Shown piece after piece: positions 33,998 through 44,609 of a DNA stretch of 64,000 bases (positions are counted from its first letter, which is position 1; every line of letters begins with the position of its first letter). The translations under genes were made by a program, and so were the position numbers. Source of the DNA: a virus (taxonomy: Duplodnaviria > Caudoviricetes); the IMG/VR virus record IMGVR_UViG_3300042539_001740; one strand, 5' to 3'. The notes under the pieces were generated by a model, which was not told where the DNA came from, ran no database searches, and saw nothing but the letters and a program-made list of their open reading frames with translations.

Positions 33998-35464
33998 TTA
34001 TTTATAGTTCACAATTTGGAACTTGATTTGTCTTTTATAAGTATTAACCTCCCTACTACTTTCAACTTTAATATCAATAAAGTATTCATTTGGTATTTTA
34101 TCTCTGGTATCAAATATAAAGTAGTATTCATTTGGAGTTCTGTTAATTGCTGTCCAATCTTGAACTTGGACTTCTGTTTGTCCCTCTCTGACATATACAC
34201 GATAGTAAGCACTTACTTTTGGTAATAATCTGTTTGTGGTATATGCTTGTTTGATAATAACCCCAACCTTTCTAATGTCTGTATTAAATATTTTTTCATC
34301 TTGTTTGATACCATAATAATCAAAACCATATATTTTGGGGTCAACTGAGTTTGTTCCAATTGTAAATGTGTTTTTGAATGGTTGGAGTGTAAAGTCATTA
34401 AGTACGTTAGGTAGTGGGAATCCATTATAAAATAGATTTGTCCATCTATCAGAGAATGTACAAGGAGTTTTGTAACCAATAAGTGGCGGTATAACAACTT
34501 CGTAAACACCTTGTGTTCTTTGACAACCAGTGATAGCTGATAAACTTGGAATAACATTACCTGAATTGTCTAAGATTGAAACTATAGGATTTGAATCTAA
34601 ATTAATTGGATTACCATCTTCATATAGATACAAATATAACTTGTTAACTTTACCCAAAGTGAAACTATTTCTATCATCTTGAATAATATCATTGTAATTC
34701 GTTTCTAAAAATGGTTCGTAGAAAGTTTGAGTATGTCTTGTGAAAAATTGAACTTCATAAGTATCTGTTAATCCTGATAGTAATTCAACTTGAGGTAAAT
34801 AGGCAATCCCCCAACCTGTCACACCAGTAATTGCTCCATTAAGAATATTGTTGATTTCGTTTGTCATATCAAAAGATATGTTTTCATCTCCAAATTCAAA
34901 ATGTTGGGTTGCTACAATTGTGAGACCACTATAAGGTGTTGCTCCTGAATTTCTATTATTATATAAACCTGGTGTTTCCCAATCATTTATAGTGGTTCTT
35001 TGAATCCAATTTGATGGTCTTTCTGAAAAGTTTCTATCTAAATCACTGAATTCATATAACAAGTCAGCAAAATCATAACCAACACCCTCATCCCAATATT
35101 GTGGTTGAGCTGGGTCATTATCTATATAAGGTATTCTAAATAAGAACAAATCAAAAGATGTTGCTCTCATTCTAGTCTGTGACGTTGTGGTGTTGAGTAA
35201 TTCTTTATTGAAATTTGATGTATTGGTCATTCTAAGGGTATGTACCATACTATTAGTACATCCAGTAGTAATTGTACCATTCGATATTTTTTGTCTCAAT
35301 AAAGTCAAATCTAAATCAAAAATGAATCTACTATAACCACTTGGAAATTGTGATATAGCTGTAGCTCCGAAAAATAGTTCTGTAACAGGATTTCTTCCAG
35401 TGTTTGTGTAACTATTGGAAATTATTGTATTATTTCTACTGAAATAAGAATTATGAATTGACAT
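33998..35464 (-). CDS. Putative structural protein (beta-rich)
   Basis: 488-aa Thr/Asn/Tyr-rich ORF in the virion module; TATTTAT upstream on the minus strand. Confidence 0.6.
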   Translation of the reverse strand: MSIHNSYFSRNNTIISNSYTNTGRNPVTELFFGATAISQFPSGYSRFIFDLDLTLLRQKISNGTITTGCTNSMVHTLRMTNTSNFNKELLNTTTSQTRMRATSFDLFLFRIPYIDNDPAQPQYWDEGVGYDFADLLYEFSDLDRNFSERPSNWIQRTTINDWETPGLYNNRNSGATPYSGLTIVATQHFEFGDENISFDMTNEINNILNGAITGVTGWGIAYLPQVELLSGLTDTYEVQFFTRHTQTFYEPFLETNYNDIIQDDRNSFTLGKVNKLYLYLYEDGNPINLDSNPIVSILDNSGNVIPSLSAITGCQRTQGVYEVVIPPLIGYKTPCTFSDRWTNLFYNGFPLPNVLNDFTLQPFKNTFTIGTNSVDPKIYGFDYYGIKQDEKIFNTDIRKVGVIIKQAYTTNRLLPKVSAYYRVYVREGQTEVQVQDWTAINRTPNEYYFIFDTRDKIPNEYFIDIKVESSREVNTYKRQIKFQIVNYK

Positions 35465-35484
35465 TTATCTTTTATTAATAAATA

Positions 35485-37059
35485 TCAATTAATTCGGATA
35501 TTTCCATTTAGAATTGTATTTGATGCGTCAGCTAATAATTGACCTATTTCTGTAATTGATTGCCCACTTCTTGTTGAGATTGGTACAGGTTTCATACCAG
35601 GGAATGGGTGAACATGACCTTCAAGAAATGCGTATATTTTGGTTAATAATTTTATTAATTCTTCACCTCTCACAACAGAGAAGGTTAAATTCTCAATTGA
35701 GTTTTCATTACTTCCAATAAATCTATCCTGAGGAATACCATAGATTGTATCTTTTAGTGATAATTTTCTACTTTTTGGACTTGGTGAATCTTGTGATAAT
35801 AAATAAATCCTTTGAGCTCCCATAACGCCATAACTTATTGGTCTATCTGTATAGATTGATGGTTGTGTTGTTTCTTGAACTGGTGTTGCTTGAGGACCTA
35901 TCACAGGACTACCTGCTTTATTACCTGAAACCAAAAAGAATCCACTCTTTAAATTACCTTGAACAAGTTTTATTCCTTGTTTGAATCTCAAATAATTAAT
36001 TCCTTCTTTGAAGTCACTAGCTAAAGTATCAGGTGATATTTTAATACCTGTTTCATATGTAATTTTTGATGGAGTAACTATAAAAGGAAATTGGTCTTTA
36101 AAGTTTTGTTGATTAAAACTATATCCTGTTATAACAATATCACTTTTGAATGTACCCTCAATAAATTTATTAATTAAATATACAGCATCATCATAACTCT
36201 TGTTTGAAAATGTTAATGTATCTAAAGCGGCACCATAGTCAGTACCCATACTCAAAGTTTTAATTGAATCTATTTTAAAGTTTCTTGTATTTGTTTTGAT
36301 AGATGGAATCACATTATGAATTGAAACTGACCCATTGAATGTATCAAATAGGTTTTCAAGATTTTCAATATCCCAAATAATTATTTTTTTGACAAGTTGT
36401 ACATCCTCTTTAAGTGTTGTTGATGTATCAGGTTCACCTAAAACCTTTTCTTGTGTAAAGTTTGTTAATTGAATGAATGCTCTATTTTGATTTTCTTGAG
36501 GTAAGGACTGAGCTGTAATGTTTAATGATTTTCCAGCTCTAATCAAAACTTCATTTTCCTTAAGAATTAAATCAGCTGAACCCCTACCTAAAAATCCGTT
36601 ATCACCAGGTTCAGGAAATATACCTTTAACATTTTCTTTATAACTTCCATCTTGTGGATTTCTTAATGGAAAACTTTCCTTGTTTTGAACACCTGCAGCC
36701 AAATAAGTTTTCGCCCCTTGGAAATATTCGTACTTAGTTGTAAGTGGGGTTGAGAATGGCCCTTGTATATAAAATCTATTTTCTTTATCAAATTTTTTGT
36801 TTTGATAAAAAATATGAACATACTCTTGTATTTTGGGAGTTTGACTTACAAAGAAGGGTAATAATGGTAAAAAAACTAAAGGGTCTTTTCTTGTCCATTT
36901 GTCTTTTTCCTCATTCCAATCGGGAACTGAATTGATTAATGATTGATAATTTTCAGTTTCGGGGATAACCCTTAACCTACCCAACATCATTGGGTCTTTA
37001 TTGTCCAAAACAATACCAGGAAAAATTATCTGGTGAATATTTTCATTACTTATGTTCAT
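35485..37059 (-). CDS. Baseplate hub/spike protein, gp5/VgrG-like
   Basis: N-terminal OB fold (GIVLDNKDPMMLGRLRV...PKIQEYVHIF); C-terminal HxH (GHVHP) tip motif. Confidence 0.65.
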   Translation of the reverse strand: MNISNENIHQIIFPGIVLDNKDPMMLGRLRVIPETENYQSLINSVPDWNEEKDKWTRKDPLVFLPLLPFFVSQTPKIQEYVHIFYQNKKFDKENRFYIQGPFSTPLTTKYEYFQGAKTYLAAGVQNKESFPLRNPQDGSYKENVKGIFPEPGDNGFLGRGSADLILKENEVLIRAGKSLNITAQSLPQENQNRAFIQLTNFTQEKVLGEPDTSTTLKEDVQLVKKIIIWDIENLENLFDTFNGSVSIHNVIPSIKTNTRNFKIDSIKTLSMGTDYGAALDTLTFSNKSYDDAVYLINKFIEGTFKSDIVITGYSFNQQNFKDQFPFIVTPSKITYETGIKISPDTLASDFKEGINYLRFKQGIKLVQGNLKSGFFLVSGNKAGSPVIGPQATPVQETTQPSIYTDRPISYGVMGAQRIYLLSQDSPSPKSRKLSLKDTIYGIPQDRFIGSNENSIENLTFSVVRGEELIKLLTKIYAFLEGHVHPFPGMKPVPISTRSGQSITEIGQLLADASNTILNGNIRIN

Positions 37060-37286
37060 TTTTTGACTCTACTTTCGTACTCTTTCAAAATTGTGTTATA
37101 GGTTAGTTCAACCTTATCTAAATGATGAGTTAATTTTATTAAAGTTTCTTTCGTTTGTTCAAAATCTTCTTTCATAAAATCCATAGCAAAAACCAAATCT
37201 TTGTTTGATTGTGATTTGTAATCTTTAACTATATTTAAAACTTTTTCAGCATCTTGTTTTTTTCCCATATTAATATGATTTTCCAA
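37056..37286 (-). CDS. Hypothetical protein
   Basis: ORF track. Confidence 0.6.
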   Translation of the reverse strand: MENHINMGKKQDAEKVLNIVKDYKSQSNKDLVFAMDFMKEDFEQTKETLIKLTHHLDKVELTYNTILKEYESRVKK

Positions 37287-39186
37287 ATCCTGTTGCTGGT
37301 GTTGTAACTCCAGCTGGTGTAATTGCTAATGGTGGAATAAATATTTGTGTTTTTCCATTTTCTGAATTTTCATTAGCCATAGCTTTCATTTGAGCTAATA
37401 TACTCAATATACCCAAATTTGGACTCCCATCTGGTAAATCACCTGTTGGAATTCCTAATCTTTGTAATTCTTCAATTGCACCAATGAATGCTCTTGTTTC
37501 AGAGTACCCATCCAACAATTGAGAAACCGCTAATAAAGGTAATGGAATTTCACCACCCCATCCTGATAACGCTATTTTCAATAGCCAAAGAATTTCATCA
37601 ATAACACTTTTACACTTCCTGAAATCCCTTATAAATTGTGCTATTACTAAAAGTAATTGTACAAGTTTAATAATCATTATTAATCTTTTATCTACTTTTT
37701 CTTTAGCTAAATCTTTTATAACAGTTTGTAATAAATTGAGAATATCTTTTTTGATTAAATTGAAAAGTTCCTCAACAAATATAGCCCCAACTTTGGATAT
37801 GAAATTTATTATAAATTTTCTGAATTGAGTTATAAAATCCCTCCAACTATTAATTTGGTCAATGATAGTTCTTCCTAAAGCTTTTAAGATAATGAATATT
37901 GGTAATAATACTTTCGGAGTTAATATTGAAAATATTAAACCTTGAACAATAAGTTTTACAAAGTTGAAGTCCACTGTAGCTTTGATATCACCTGTTAATA
38001 CTAAACCTTGCCATTGGGGATTGTCAGTTAAGGTTTGTGTTATTTTATCTGCGGCATCGACCAAATCACTATCAGGTATAAATCTTAAATTTTCTAAAGC
38101 ATTTAATATAGAATCAGCATCTACTGGTAAATCAACATTATTACACTCAACAAATGTAACAACACCTTTTTGTATGTTTGCTATTTTTTGCTCTATTTTC
38201 CTTAAATCCAATTCTGTAAGTTCAAAAAATGAATCATCTATACCATCTAGTTCTGCTAATTTTGCAGTACCTTGTACATCAATTTCTGAAACATTATCAA
38301 AACAAAGACCTAAAATTCTTTGTATGAATAATTCAAATCTTGATGCGTTTTCTGCTTGAGCGAAACCAATGTTTGCTGAAATTGATATAGCCCCACACAA
38401 TGATTCTAATATTGCGGGTAAAACTGTTTCAAAATCAAACATTTTTATAGTACCAAAATAATCTAATAAAAAGTCCCCAACTTTATTAACACCATTAACT
38501 CGATTGGCTAACGTGATAGCATAAAAACCACCAGTTTGTCCATAAATTGTTTGGTCAACAAATTGGATATCAAAAAGGGGTTGTCCTGATTTACCTAAAT
38601 AATATGAACCATTGTCTGAATTATATGGTGAACCACTTTGAATCCTTTGATATAGTTCTCTATTCATAGAGAATGGTGCCTTTTGAATGTCTATTTGTAA
38701 TTTTTCATATAGTACTTTACCAGCACCTTCAGTAGGATTCTTTTTTAATAATCCACCTAAGTCAATTGAACTTACTTTAATATAAAGTGGTGCACCACCT
38801 TGGTTTGATGAAAAAGTTTGTTGTTGGTCACAACCTATTGCCGTAATCGCTTCTTCATTTATTATTTCAGCAATTCTTGGTTCAATATTTTTAAGCGTTT
38901 GGATTAAGAGACGTTTGATATAAGAAATTGTATTAGAACCTTTACCACCAGTCACGTTATTCAAATCTAAAAGTTGCTCAAATTGATTTTTTATATCTTT
39001 TTGATATCTTTTAGTTTGTTCTTTTACTTGGTCTAATTTACTTTGGATTGCGTCCAAAGCTTTCTCTTGTGAATCACCAGATTTTTCTTGTGCTTTATCA
39101 AATTTTTCTTTTAAATCTTTATAAGCACTCGTAGCCGCAATTTTTTTCTTGGCTGATTCATAATCAAAACTGAGGTCTAATGACAT
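37270..39186 (-). CDS. Large helical hypothetical protein, probably structural
   Basis: 638-aa ORF in the virion module. Confidence 0.7.
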   Translation of the reverse strand: MSLDLSFDYESAKKKIAATSAYKDLKEKFDKAQEKSGDSQEKALDAIQSKLDQVKEQTKRYQKDIKNQFEQLLDLNNVTGGKGSNTISYIKRLLIQTLKNIEPRIAEIINEEAITAIGCDQQQTFSSNQGGAPLYIKVSSIDLGGLLKKNPTEGAGKVLYEKLQIDIQKAPFSMNRELYQRIQSGSPYNSDNGSYYLGKSGQPLFDIQFVDQTIYGQTGGFYAITLANRVNGVNKVGDFLLDYFGTIKMFDFETVLPAILESLCGAISISANIGFAQAENASRFELFIQRILGLCFDNVSEIDVQGTAKLAELDGIDDSFFELTELDLRKIEQKIANIQKGVVTFVECNNVDLPVDADSILNALENLRFIPDSDLVDAADKITQTLTDNPQWQGLVLTGDIKATVDFNFVKLIVQGLIFSILTPKVLLPIFIILKALGRTIIDQINSWRDFITQFRKFIINFISKVGAIFVEELFNLIKKDILNLLQTVIKDLAKEKVDKRLIMIIKLVQLLLVIAQFIRDFRKCKSVIDEILWLLKIALSGWGGEIPLPLLAVSQLLDGYSETRAFIGAIEELQRLGIPTGDLPDGSPNLGILSILAQMKAMANENSENGKTQIFIPPLAITPAGVTTPATGFGKSY

Positions 39187-39560
39187 TATTTTTTCATTTT
39201 GTAAACATTATCAGTTTTTGAAACATCTCTTTCTAATAAATCTTTTATAATATCATCATCAACATCTATATCAGAAATTGAGAATGATTCTTTTGTGTTG
39301 TTACTTTTTTCCCACATTGAGGATTGTAACTTTGAAAGTGTCAACTTTTTCTCAACACAATCATTTATTATCTTTTGTTGTTTTTCTATAACAGGACCTA
39401 TGAGAGTCATATCTTCAGGTTCTTTCATCATAGTCAACATTTTATTTTGTATACGAATAGCTGTGTTTCTCTGTTCTACAAGTTCGTTATATATCTCTTG
39501 CATCAAAGAAAGCATTGATTCTTTCGTTAAATTAATTTCTTTTTTGTGAGGTCTGGCCAT
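39186..39560 (-). CDS. Helical protein, possibly small terminase (gp16-like)
   Basis: Size and helix-turn-helix coiled-coil pattern only; weak. Confidence 0.3.
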   Translation of the reverse strand: MARPHKKEINLTKESMLSLMQEIYNELVEQRNTAIRIQNKMLTMMKEPEDMTLIGPVIEKQQKIINDCVEKKLTLSKLQSSMWEKSNNTKESFSISDIDVDDDIIKDLLERDVSKTDNVYKMKK

Positions 39561-39571
39561 AGGTTTTTGTT

Positions 39572-40324
39572 TTATTCTTGCATCATTTTGTCAAGCATAC
39601 TAATATAAATATTTTTATATCGTTTTATACAAACCCTAATTTCTTTAGTTGATAAATTAGTCATTTCTCGAAGGGAAAGAAGAATCACATTTTTATTAAA
39701 TTTATTGTTTGAGTTACCAATAAAAATTGAGTCATAGTTTTCAAACAATTCCATAAGTGCTTGACCTAACTTAAATTCATTTTCTGATAAGTTTTTTTCT
39801 TTCAAAACTTTTTCTAGTTCAATTAAAAAACTCTGAATAATATTTTGAGAATCTAATGTGTCATTATCAATTGAGTATGATAAATTTTCATCATTTTCTA
39901 AATCTGAGGAGATATCCTCGTATGATATTTTTCTATTGGTTTCCTTAGCATCTTTAATTATTTGACCCATCAAATAATTTTTACAGATTGTACCAAAATA
40001 AGAATAAGCCTTCTTTTCCTTCGAGGGCTTAAACTTGTCTATTTTAGTCATTAGAAATGAATGTGTATCTATATGTAGTTCTTCGAAATCCATATCCTTT
40101 CGATATAATTTGTACCTACGAATAATTGATGAAATCATTTTATCAAGTGGAATTCGGAGGAATTCATTATAAATCTTGTTTTTTTCCTCCGATGTCTCCG
40201 CATTAAGATAATCGACTACAGCAACTTCTTCTTGTATATCGAAATAGTTTTTTTGTTTTGGTTTTCTTCCCTTTTTTTTAGAATCTAAAATAGTATCACC
40301 TGAAATGATATTTGTTTCGGTCAT
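39572..40324 (-). CDS. Phage sigma factor, T4 gp55-like (late transcription)
   Basis: Sigma region-2-like KIDKFKPSKEKKAYSYFGTICKNYL and N-terminal KNYF, comparable to gp55 YNYV and NFDETKYKNPHAYIT. Confidence 0.7.
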   Translation of the reverse strand: MTETNIISGDTILDSKKKGRKPKQKNYFDIQEEVAVVDYLNAETSEEKNKIYNEFLRIPLDKMISSIIRRYKLYRKDMDFEELHIDTHSFLMTKIDKFKPSKEKKAYSYFGTICKNYLMGQIIKDAKETNRKISYEDISSDLENDENLSYSIDNDTLDSQNIIQSFLIELEKVLKEKNLSENEFKLGQALMELFENYDSIFIGNSNNKFNKNVILLSLREMTNLSTKEIRVCIKRYKNIYISMLDKMMQE

Positions 40325-41127
40325 TAAATTGTTTGTCCTTCATACTTTATTTTTCTATCACTAGTGAAGAAATATTCTTTTTTTGCACTCTCAATCCAAA
40401 ATTTAACTTCATCAGGTTGAAGTTGACTATCTCCATTTTTGTAGTTCCAAAATATAGAACCTGGTCTGAAATTAGTATGTTTGTAACCAATTTTGGGTAG
40501 TGACATAATTTTTAAACCATAATGTGAAGCCCTTAGTAAAAATTCATAACCAAATGTAAGTTTGATAGTTCCTTTGAATAAACCAGTACTTTCTAAAGCT
40601 GATTTTTTAATAACCATACCCGAAATTTGAAAGTTCTGATATTGTTGTAGAACTTCATTTGTCAATAAACCAATTTCACTTGAAATATTCAAAGCAAAGG
40701 TTGCCTCATTAGTAAATCCAACAAATTTTCCTTTTTCATCAGTATCAACAACGATTGGTAGGAATACGTCAACATCATTATAAACTGATGAATATTTTTC
40801 TACGTTGTCAAACCAAATTTTAGAATATTCATCATCAAATTCAAAAATAGAAATCCATTCAGAACTTGATTCTTGGATACCAAGGTTAACTTGTTCACAA
40901 AAGTTAGGTTCATAGTCCCACTTTACTTTTTTAATATTTAAATCACCAAAATCATAAGTATCAAGTACTTCTAATAATTTTGTTTCATCAGTGTGAACAA
41001 TAACTAATTCATTGATTTGAGTTTTTTGTTCTTTAAGTGATGTGATTGCTTTTACAAAGTATTCGTCAAAGTCAAAAGCCGAACCCGATTTTATTGGTAA
41101 TATTACTGATACATTAAATTTTTCCAT
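40324..41127 (-). CDS. Glycosyltransferase family 2
   Basis: VSVILPI, NLGIQES, FEFDD. Confidence 0.8.
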   Translation of the reverse strand: MEKFNVSVILPIKSGSAFDFDEYFVKAITSLKEQKTQINELVIVHTDETKLLEVLDTYDFGDLNIKKVKWDYEPNFCEQVNLGIQESSSEWISIFEFDDEYSKIWFDNVEKYSSVYNDVDVFLPIVVDTDEKGKFVGFTNEATFALNISSEIGLLTNEVLQQYQNFQISGMVIKKSALESTGLFKGTIKLTFGYEFLLRASHYGLKIMSLPKIGYKHTNFRPGSIFWNYKNGDSQLQPDEVKFWIESAKKEYFFTSDRKIKYEGQTI

Positions 41128-41128
41128 A

Positions 41129-42187
41129 TTATTCTACTTCTTGTAATTTGTTTAGTTGTTCTTCAAAGGTTATGGCTCTTTTTTCCACGTATTCGTTAAA
41201 TAATTCTTTAACTTTTTTAGTAAAGTTTTCTTTGGTTGGTAAACTTTCAACTGTTTTTTCCATTTCAGAAATAATTTTTGGGTTGGTATTGTCTTCCAAC
41301 CAATTTTGGATGTAATCAGCCAAGAAATCAACAACTTGGGTTTTGTTATTTATCCACAAACCGTTGTCTTCACTCATCCATTCAGGTACTATATTAGGTA
41401 CTAAACCAATGACAGGAATATTAGTTTTCATACTTTCCAAAGGAAAAGTTCCATAAGAACTGGTTTCATCAACCCACACAGAAATGAAACAATTTTTTAG
41501 TTCTTCGGCAAATTGTTCAGTAGTCAAACCTCTCATGTCTTTGAAGGTCACCCATCTATATTGAGGGAATTTTAGATAAAAACTTTTGATTAGGTTTAAA
41601 GTGTCTCTTTGGTCTCTAGTGTGTACTGCAACAATCGGTTTGTTTGGTAATTTTTGTTTTGTAAAACTTTCTGAGATAAATGGTTCTAACACATCAAAAG
41701 AAACCCCTCTCATTGTGTTTTCCAAATATTCCTTAATCATATTTGATGTTGTAATACATTTGTAAAATCCTAATTGAGTCCAAGATTGACCTGGTTGTAA
41801 GGTTTCTAAAATGTGGTCATAAGCTTGGGTTAAAACAATTTTTCCACAAGGTAACTTAGTTATCTGTTCCATAACAAAACCATAAATTTCAGGTACAACT
41901 ATGAAGTCCTCAGGAGCTACAGATAGGTTTTGTCCTTCAATGAATGTGTGTGGAATTTTCATATATTCCTCACCTAACCAAGAACCAACACCATAGTAAT
42001 CATTTTTTTCATGTAACATAATAACATTAAATCCATCTTCCATCAATGTTAACCCCATATTATAAATGTAAGCTACTGATGCTTTTGCATTACCTTTAGT
42101 ATCTTGTACTAAAAGATAAATTTTCGACTTCTTGTCTTTTAAATTTTTAATTGATTGTTCTACTTTTTGTATTTGTTCAGAATTCAT
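41129..42187 (-). CDS. GT-B fold (GT4-like) glycosyltransferase
   Basis: IVVPE and SSYGTFPLESMKTNIPVIG. Confidence 0.75.
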   Translation of the reverse strand: MNSEQIQKVEQSIKNLKDKKSKIYLLVQDTKGNAKASVAYIYNMGLTLMEDGFNVIMLHEKNDYYGVGSWLGEEYMKIPHTFIEGQNLSVAPEDFIVVPEIYGFVMEQITKLPCGKIVLTQAYDHILETLQPGQSWTQLGFYKCITTSNMIKEYLENTMRGVSFDVLEPFISESFTKQKLPNKPIVAVHTRDQRDTLNLIKSFYLKFPQYRWVTFKDMRGLTTEQFAEELKNCFISVWVDETSSYGTFPLESMKTNIPVIGLVPNIVPEWMSEDNGLWINNKTQVVDFLADYIQNWLEDNTNPKIISEMEKTVESLPTKENFTKKVKELFNEYVEKRAITFEEQLNKLQEVE

Positions 42188-42188
42188 A

Positions 42189-42458
42189 TTAAATTTTATT
42201 TATTAATTTTTTATATAGTAATGAATTAAATGCTAATCTAAAAGGAATTGAAAGTTCTGTACTTTTCATTCCTAATGTTTCATCTGCTTCTTCGTTTTCT
42301 ACAATAAGTGTTTCAGTCATCATTTTGACCATTTCGTATTTTACTACACTTATATGATTTTGTGGTACACCACTATAATCTTTAGGGGGGTCAACGTTTA
42401 TGTAATTTTCTATCGCATCTATATCGAAATAATAATTTTCGCCTAATATTTTTAACAT
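42189..42458 (-). CDS. Hypothetical protein
   Basis: ORF track. Confidence 0.65.
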   Translation of the reverse strand: MLKILGENYYFDIDAIENYINVDPPKDYSGVPQNHISVVKYEMVKMMTETLIVENEEADETLGMKSTELSIPFRLAFNSLLYKKLINKI

Positions 42459-43105
42459 TATATTATTTGTTTGAGTATTGGTTCTAACTCTTTCAAACTT
42501 GTGATTGAGTCATATTTATTTATATCCTTATTATAATCAGTACTAAATTTGATTACCTTTTTGTCTTTTGGATGATTCAATAATAGGTTAGGATTTGCTG
42601 TAAGTAAAACATCAAATTCATCCCACAAAGAATTTATTGTGATATTAGAATAGAAGACAATCTTTTCCAATTCACACCCAAACTTAGATAAAAAGAAAAG
42701 AGTCGCTGGTTTAGATTTTCCAATTTCATCTGAAACCAAAAGAAAATCAACATTTTGTCTCAGATTATGATAAACATCATTTAAATCATAGAAAGTTGAC
42801 ATTTCTATTGAGGGAGCATGACCAAATAGTTCCATACAATATTCTTCATACATAAATGTATAATATTCCTCTTCATTTTGAAACGCAAAATGGTTCTTCA
42901 AATCCAAACTACTGACATCCGATAAAATTTTGTACTCAAATGGTTCTGAAACATTTTGGATTTCTGTATTACCTGATAAATCAATTGTATACGTTGGATT
43001 TAGGTACTCACTTTGTGGGGAATCAATTAAATGTTTTTCGTATAGTTGTTTAAATTTACCAATAGTATCTCTTAAAACCCCATTAATATCTATAGCTATC
43101 CTCAT
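42458..43105 (-). CDS. HAD-family 5'(3')-deoxyribonucleotidase-like protein
   Basis: IAIDINGVLRD (DxN variant of the HAD DxD motif). Confidence 0.7.
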   Translation of the reverse strand: MRIAIDINGVLRDTIGKFKQLYEKHLIDSPQSEYLNPTYTIDLSGNTEIQNVSEPFEYKILSDVSSLDLKNHFAFQNEEEYYTFMYEEYCMELFGHAPSIEMSTFYDLNDVYHNLRQNVDFLLVSDEIGKSKPATLFFLSKFGCELEKIVFYSNITINSLWDEFDVLLTANPNLLLNHPKDKKVIKFSTDYNKDINKYDSITSLKELEPILKQII

Positions 43106-43827
43106 TTATCTTCGTATCTTCTTAAGATTTTACCAATTAATGGATTTCTTACAACGTCTTGATTAGAGAATTCAAAAATACCCACATCATCAAGTTCTTT
43201 AAACTTTTTAATGGCATCATAAAGTCCTGTATGTGTTTTATCTTTGTACCTATCCGTTTGTTCAAGGTCACCACTTATGAAAAATTTACTATTGAAACCT
43301 ATCCTTGTCAAGAGTAATTTCATTTGATTTGGAGTCGAATTTTGAGCTTCTTCAAATATCAAGATTGAGTTGTCAATATTCATACCTCTCATATACGCCA
43401 AGGCAAAAACTTCGATGATATCGTTTTCTTTAAGTTTTTCTCTTGCTTCCTTCCCAATAATTTTGTTCATCAAATAATATGAAGGAAAAATATATGGGTC
43501 TAATTTTTCTTCTACGTTTCCAGGTAATGCACCTAATTTTTCTTCCGCTTCTACAGCTGGTCTTACGATAATTATTTTCTCATATGGTGACTGAGGGTCA
43601 GCTAATAAGTCAATTGCTGCCTTCATTGCTATATATGATTTACCAACACCTGCTGGTCCTGAACAAATTGTTATTTGATTTTTTTTAAGTAAATCATAAT
43701 AAAACTTTTGATTCTCAGTCAGGAATTTTTCTTTCGACTTTTTTTTAATAATCTCAGAAATTATTTCTTTCTTAGTTTTTTTTGTTTCAGTTTCCTGAGG
43801 TTGTGTTGGTTTTTTTCTTTGTGTCAT
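43102..43827 (-). CDS. phoH: PhoH-family ATPase
   Basis: GPAGVGKS, IIIVRPAVE, LAYMRG, EEAQN, GDLEQTD, VVRNPL. Confidence 0.93.
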   Translation of the reverse strand: MTQRKKPTQPQETETKKTKKEIISEIIKKKSKEKFLTENQKFYYDLLKKNQITICSGPAGVGKSYIAMKAAIDLLADPQSPYEKIIIVRPAVEAEEKLGALPGNVEEKLDPYIFPSYYLMNKIIGKEAREKLKENDIIEVFALAYMRGMNIDNSILIFEEAQNSTPNQMKLLLTRIGFNSKFFISGDLEQTDRYKDKTHTGLYDAIKKFKELDDVGIFEFSNQDVVRNPLIGKILRRYEDK

Positions 43828-43842
43828 TTAACTTTTTTTTTA

Positions 43843-44607
43843 CTATAGGTAAGTAAAATTTTTACATTTTATTTCATTTGGATACCAACCTTTTTCGGGT
43901 TGATTATAGTTTAACCAAAATTTAGGTGCTATTGTTAATTCTTTTTTATTCAACCATGCCGCCCACCATGAAAATGTTGATGCTGATATTATACAATATT
44001 TTGAAAAAAATAGAACTTTAAAATCAGTTATGACATCATTAGATATTATCTCAATATTATCAAAATACGATTTGGATAATTCGACATCATCAGTCACAAT
44101 AACAAAAGATAAATTTTTATTGTGTTGTTTTATTTCGTTAATTGCTTTTTCATAATATTTTTTAGGAATTAACCAATTGTTCGTTCCTATTTTATTATCA
44201 CCTCCTCTGATGTGAATATAACAAAATTTGTCAATAGGATATTTAGATAATATTTCATTAGTTTTTTCACAACTTTCAATTTTGAACCATTCAGTTATTA
44301 AATTTTTATACTTAGAGTAATATTTTTCTGTTTGGAAATAACCATTTAAATTTGTAAAATCTTTTACCCTGAAAATATTTTCATCATAATTTTGTTCAAA
44401 ACTTTCATAATAGTTGTATTTGACAAAACCATCAGATTCTCCTAAATCAATATTGGGAAAACATTTTTTTAAATGTCCACTATATGGTATATAAAATTTG
44501 TAATTATTTTCCATTGCAACTATACGACAAATTGAATATTGGAACATATGGTTACCAAGAGCAATGTTTTCCTCAACAAAAACTTTATTTAAACCAACTG
44601 TAATCAT
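43843..44607 (-). CDS. GT11 alpha-1,2-fucosyltransferase-like
   Basis: LGNHMFQY, GYFQTEKY, IHIRGGD, STFSWWAAWL. Confidence 0.88.
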   Translation of the reverse strand: MITVGLNKVFVEENIALGNHMFQYSICRIVAMENNYKFYIPYSGHLKKCFPNIDLGESDGFVKYNYYESFEQNYDENIFRVKDFTNLNGYFQTEKYYSKYKNLITEWFKIESCEKTNEILSKYPIDKFCYIHIRGGDNKIGTNNWLIPKKYYEKAINEIKQHNKNLSFVIVTDDVELSKSYFDNIEIISNDVITDFKVLFFSKYCIISASTFSWWAAWLNKKELTIAPKFWLNYNQPEKGWYPNEIKCKNFTYL

Positions 44608-44609
44608 TT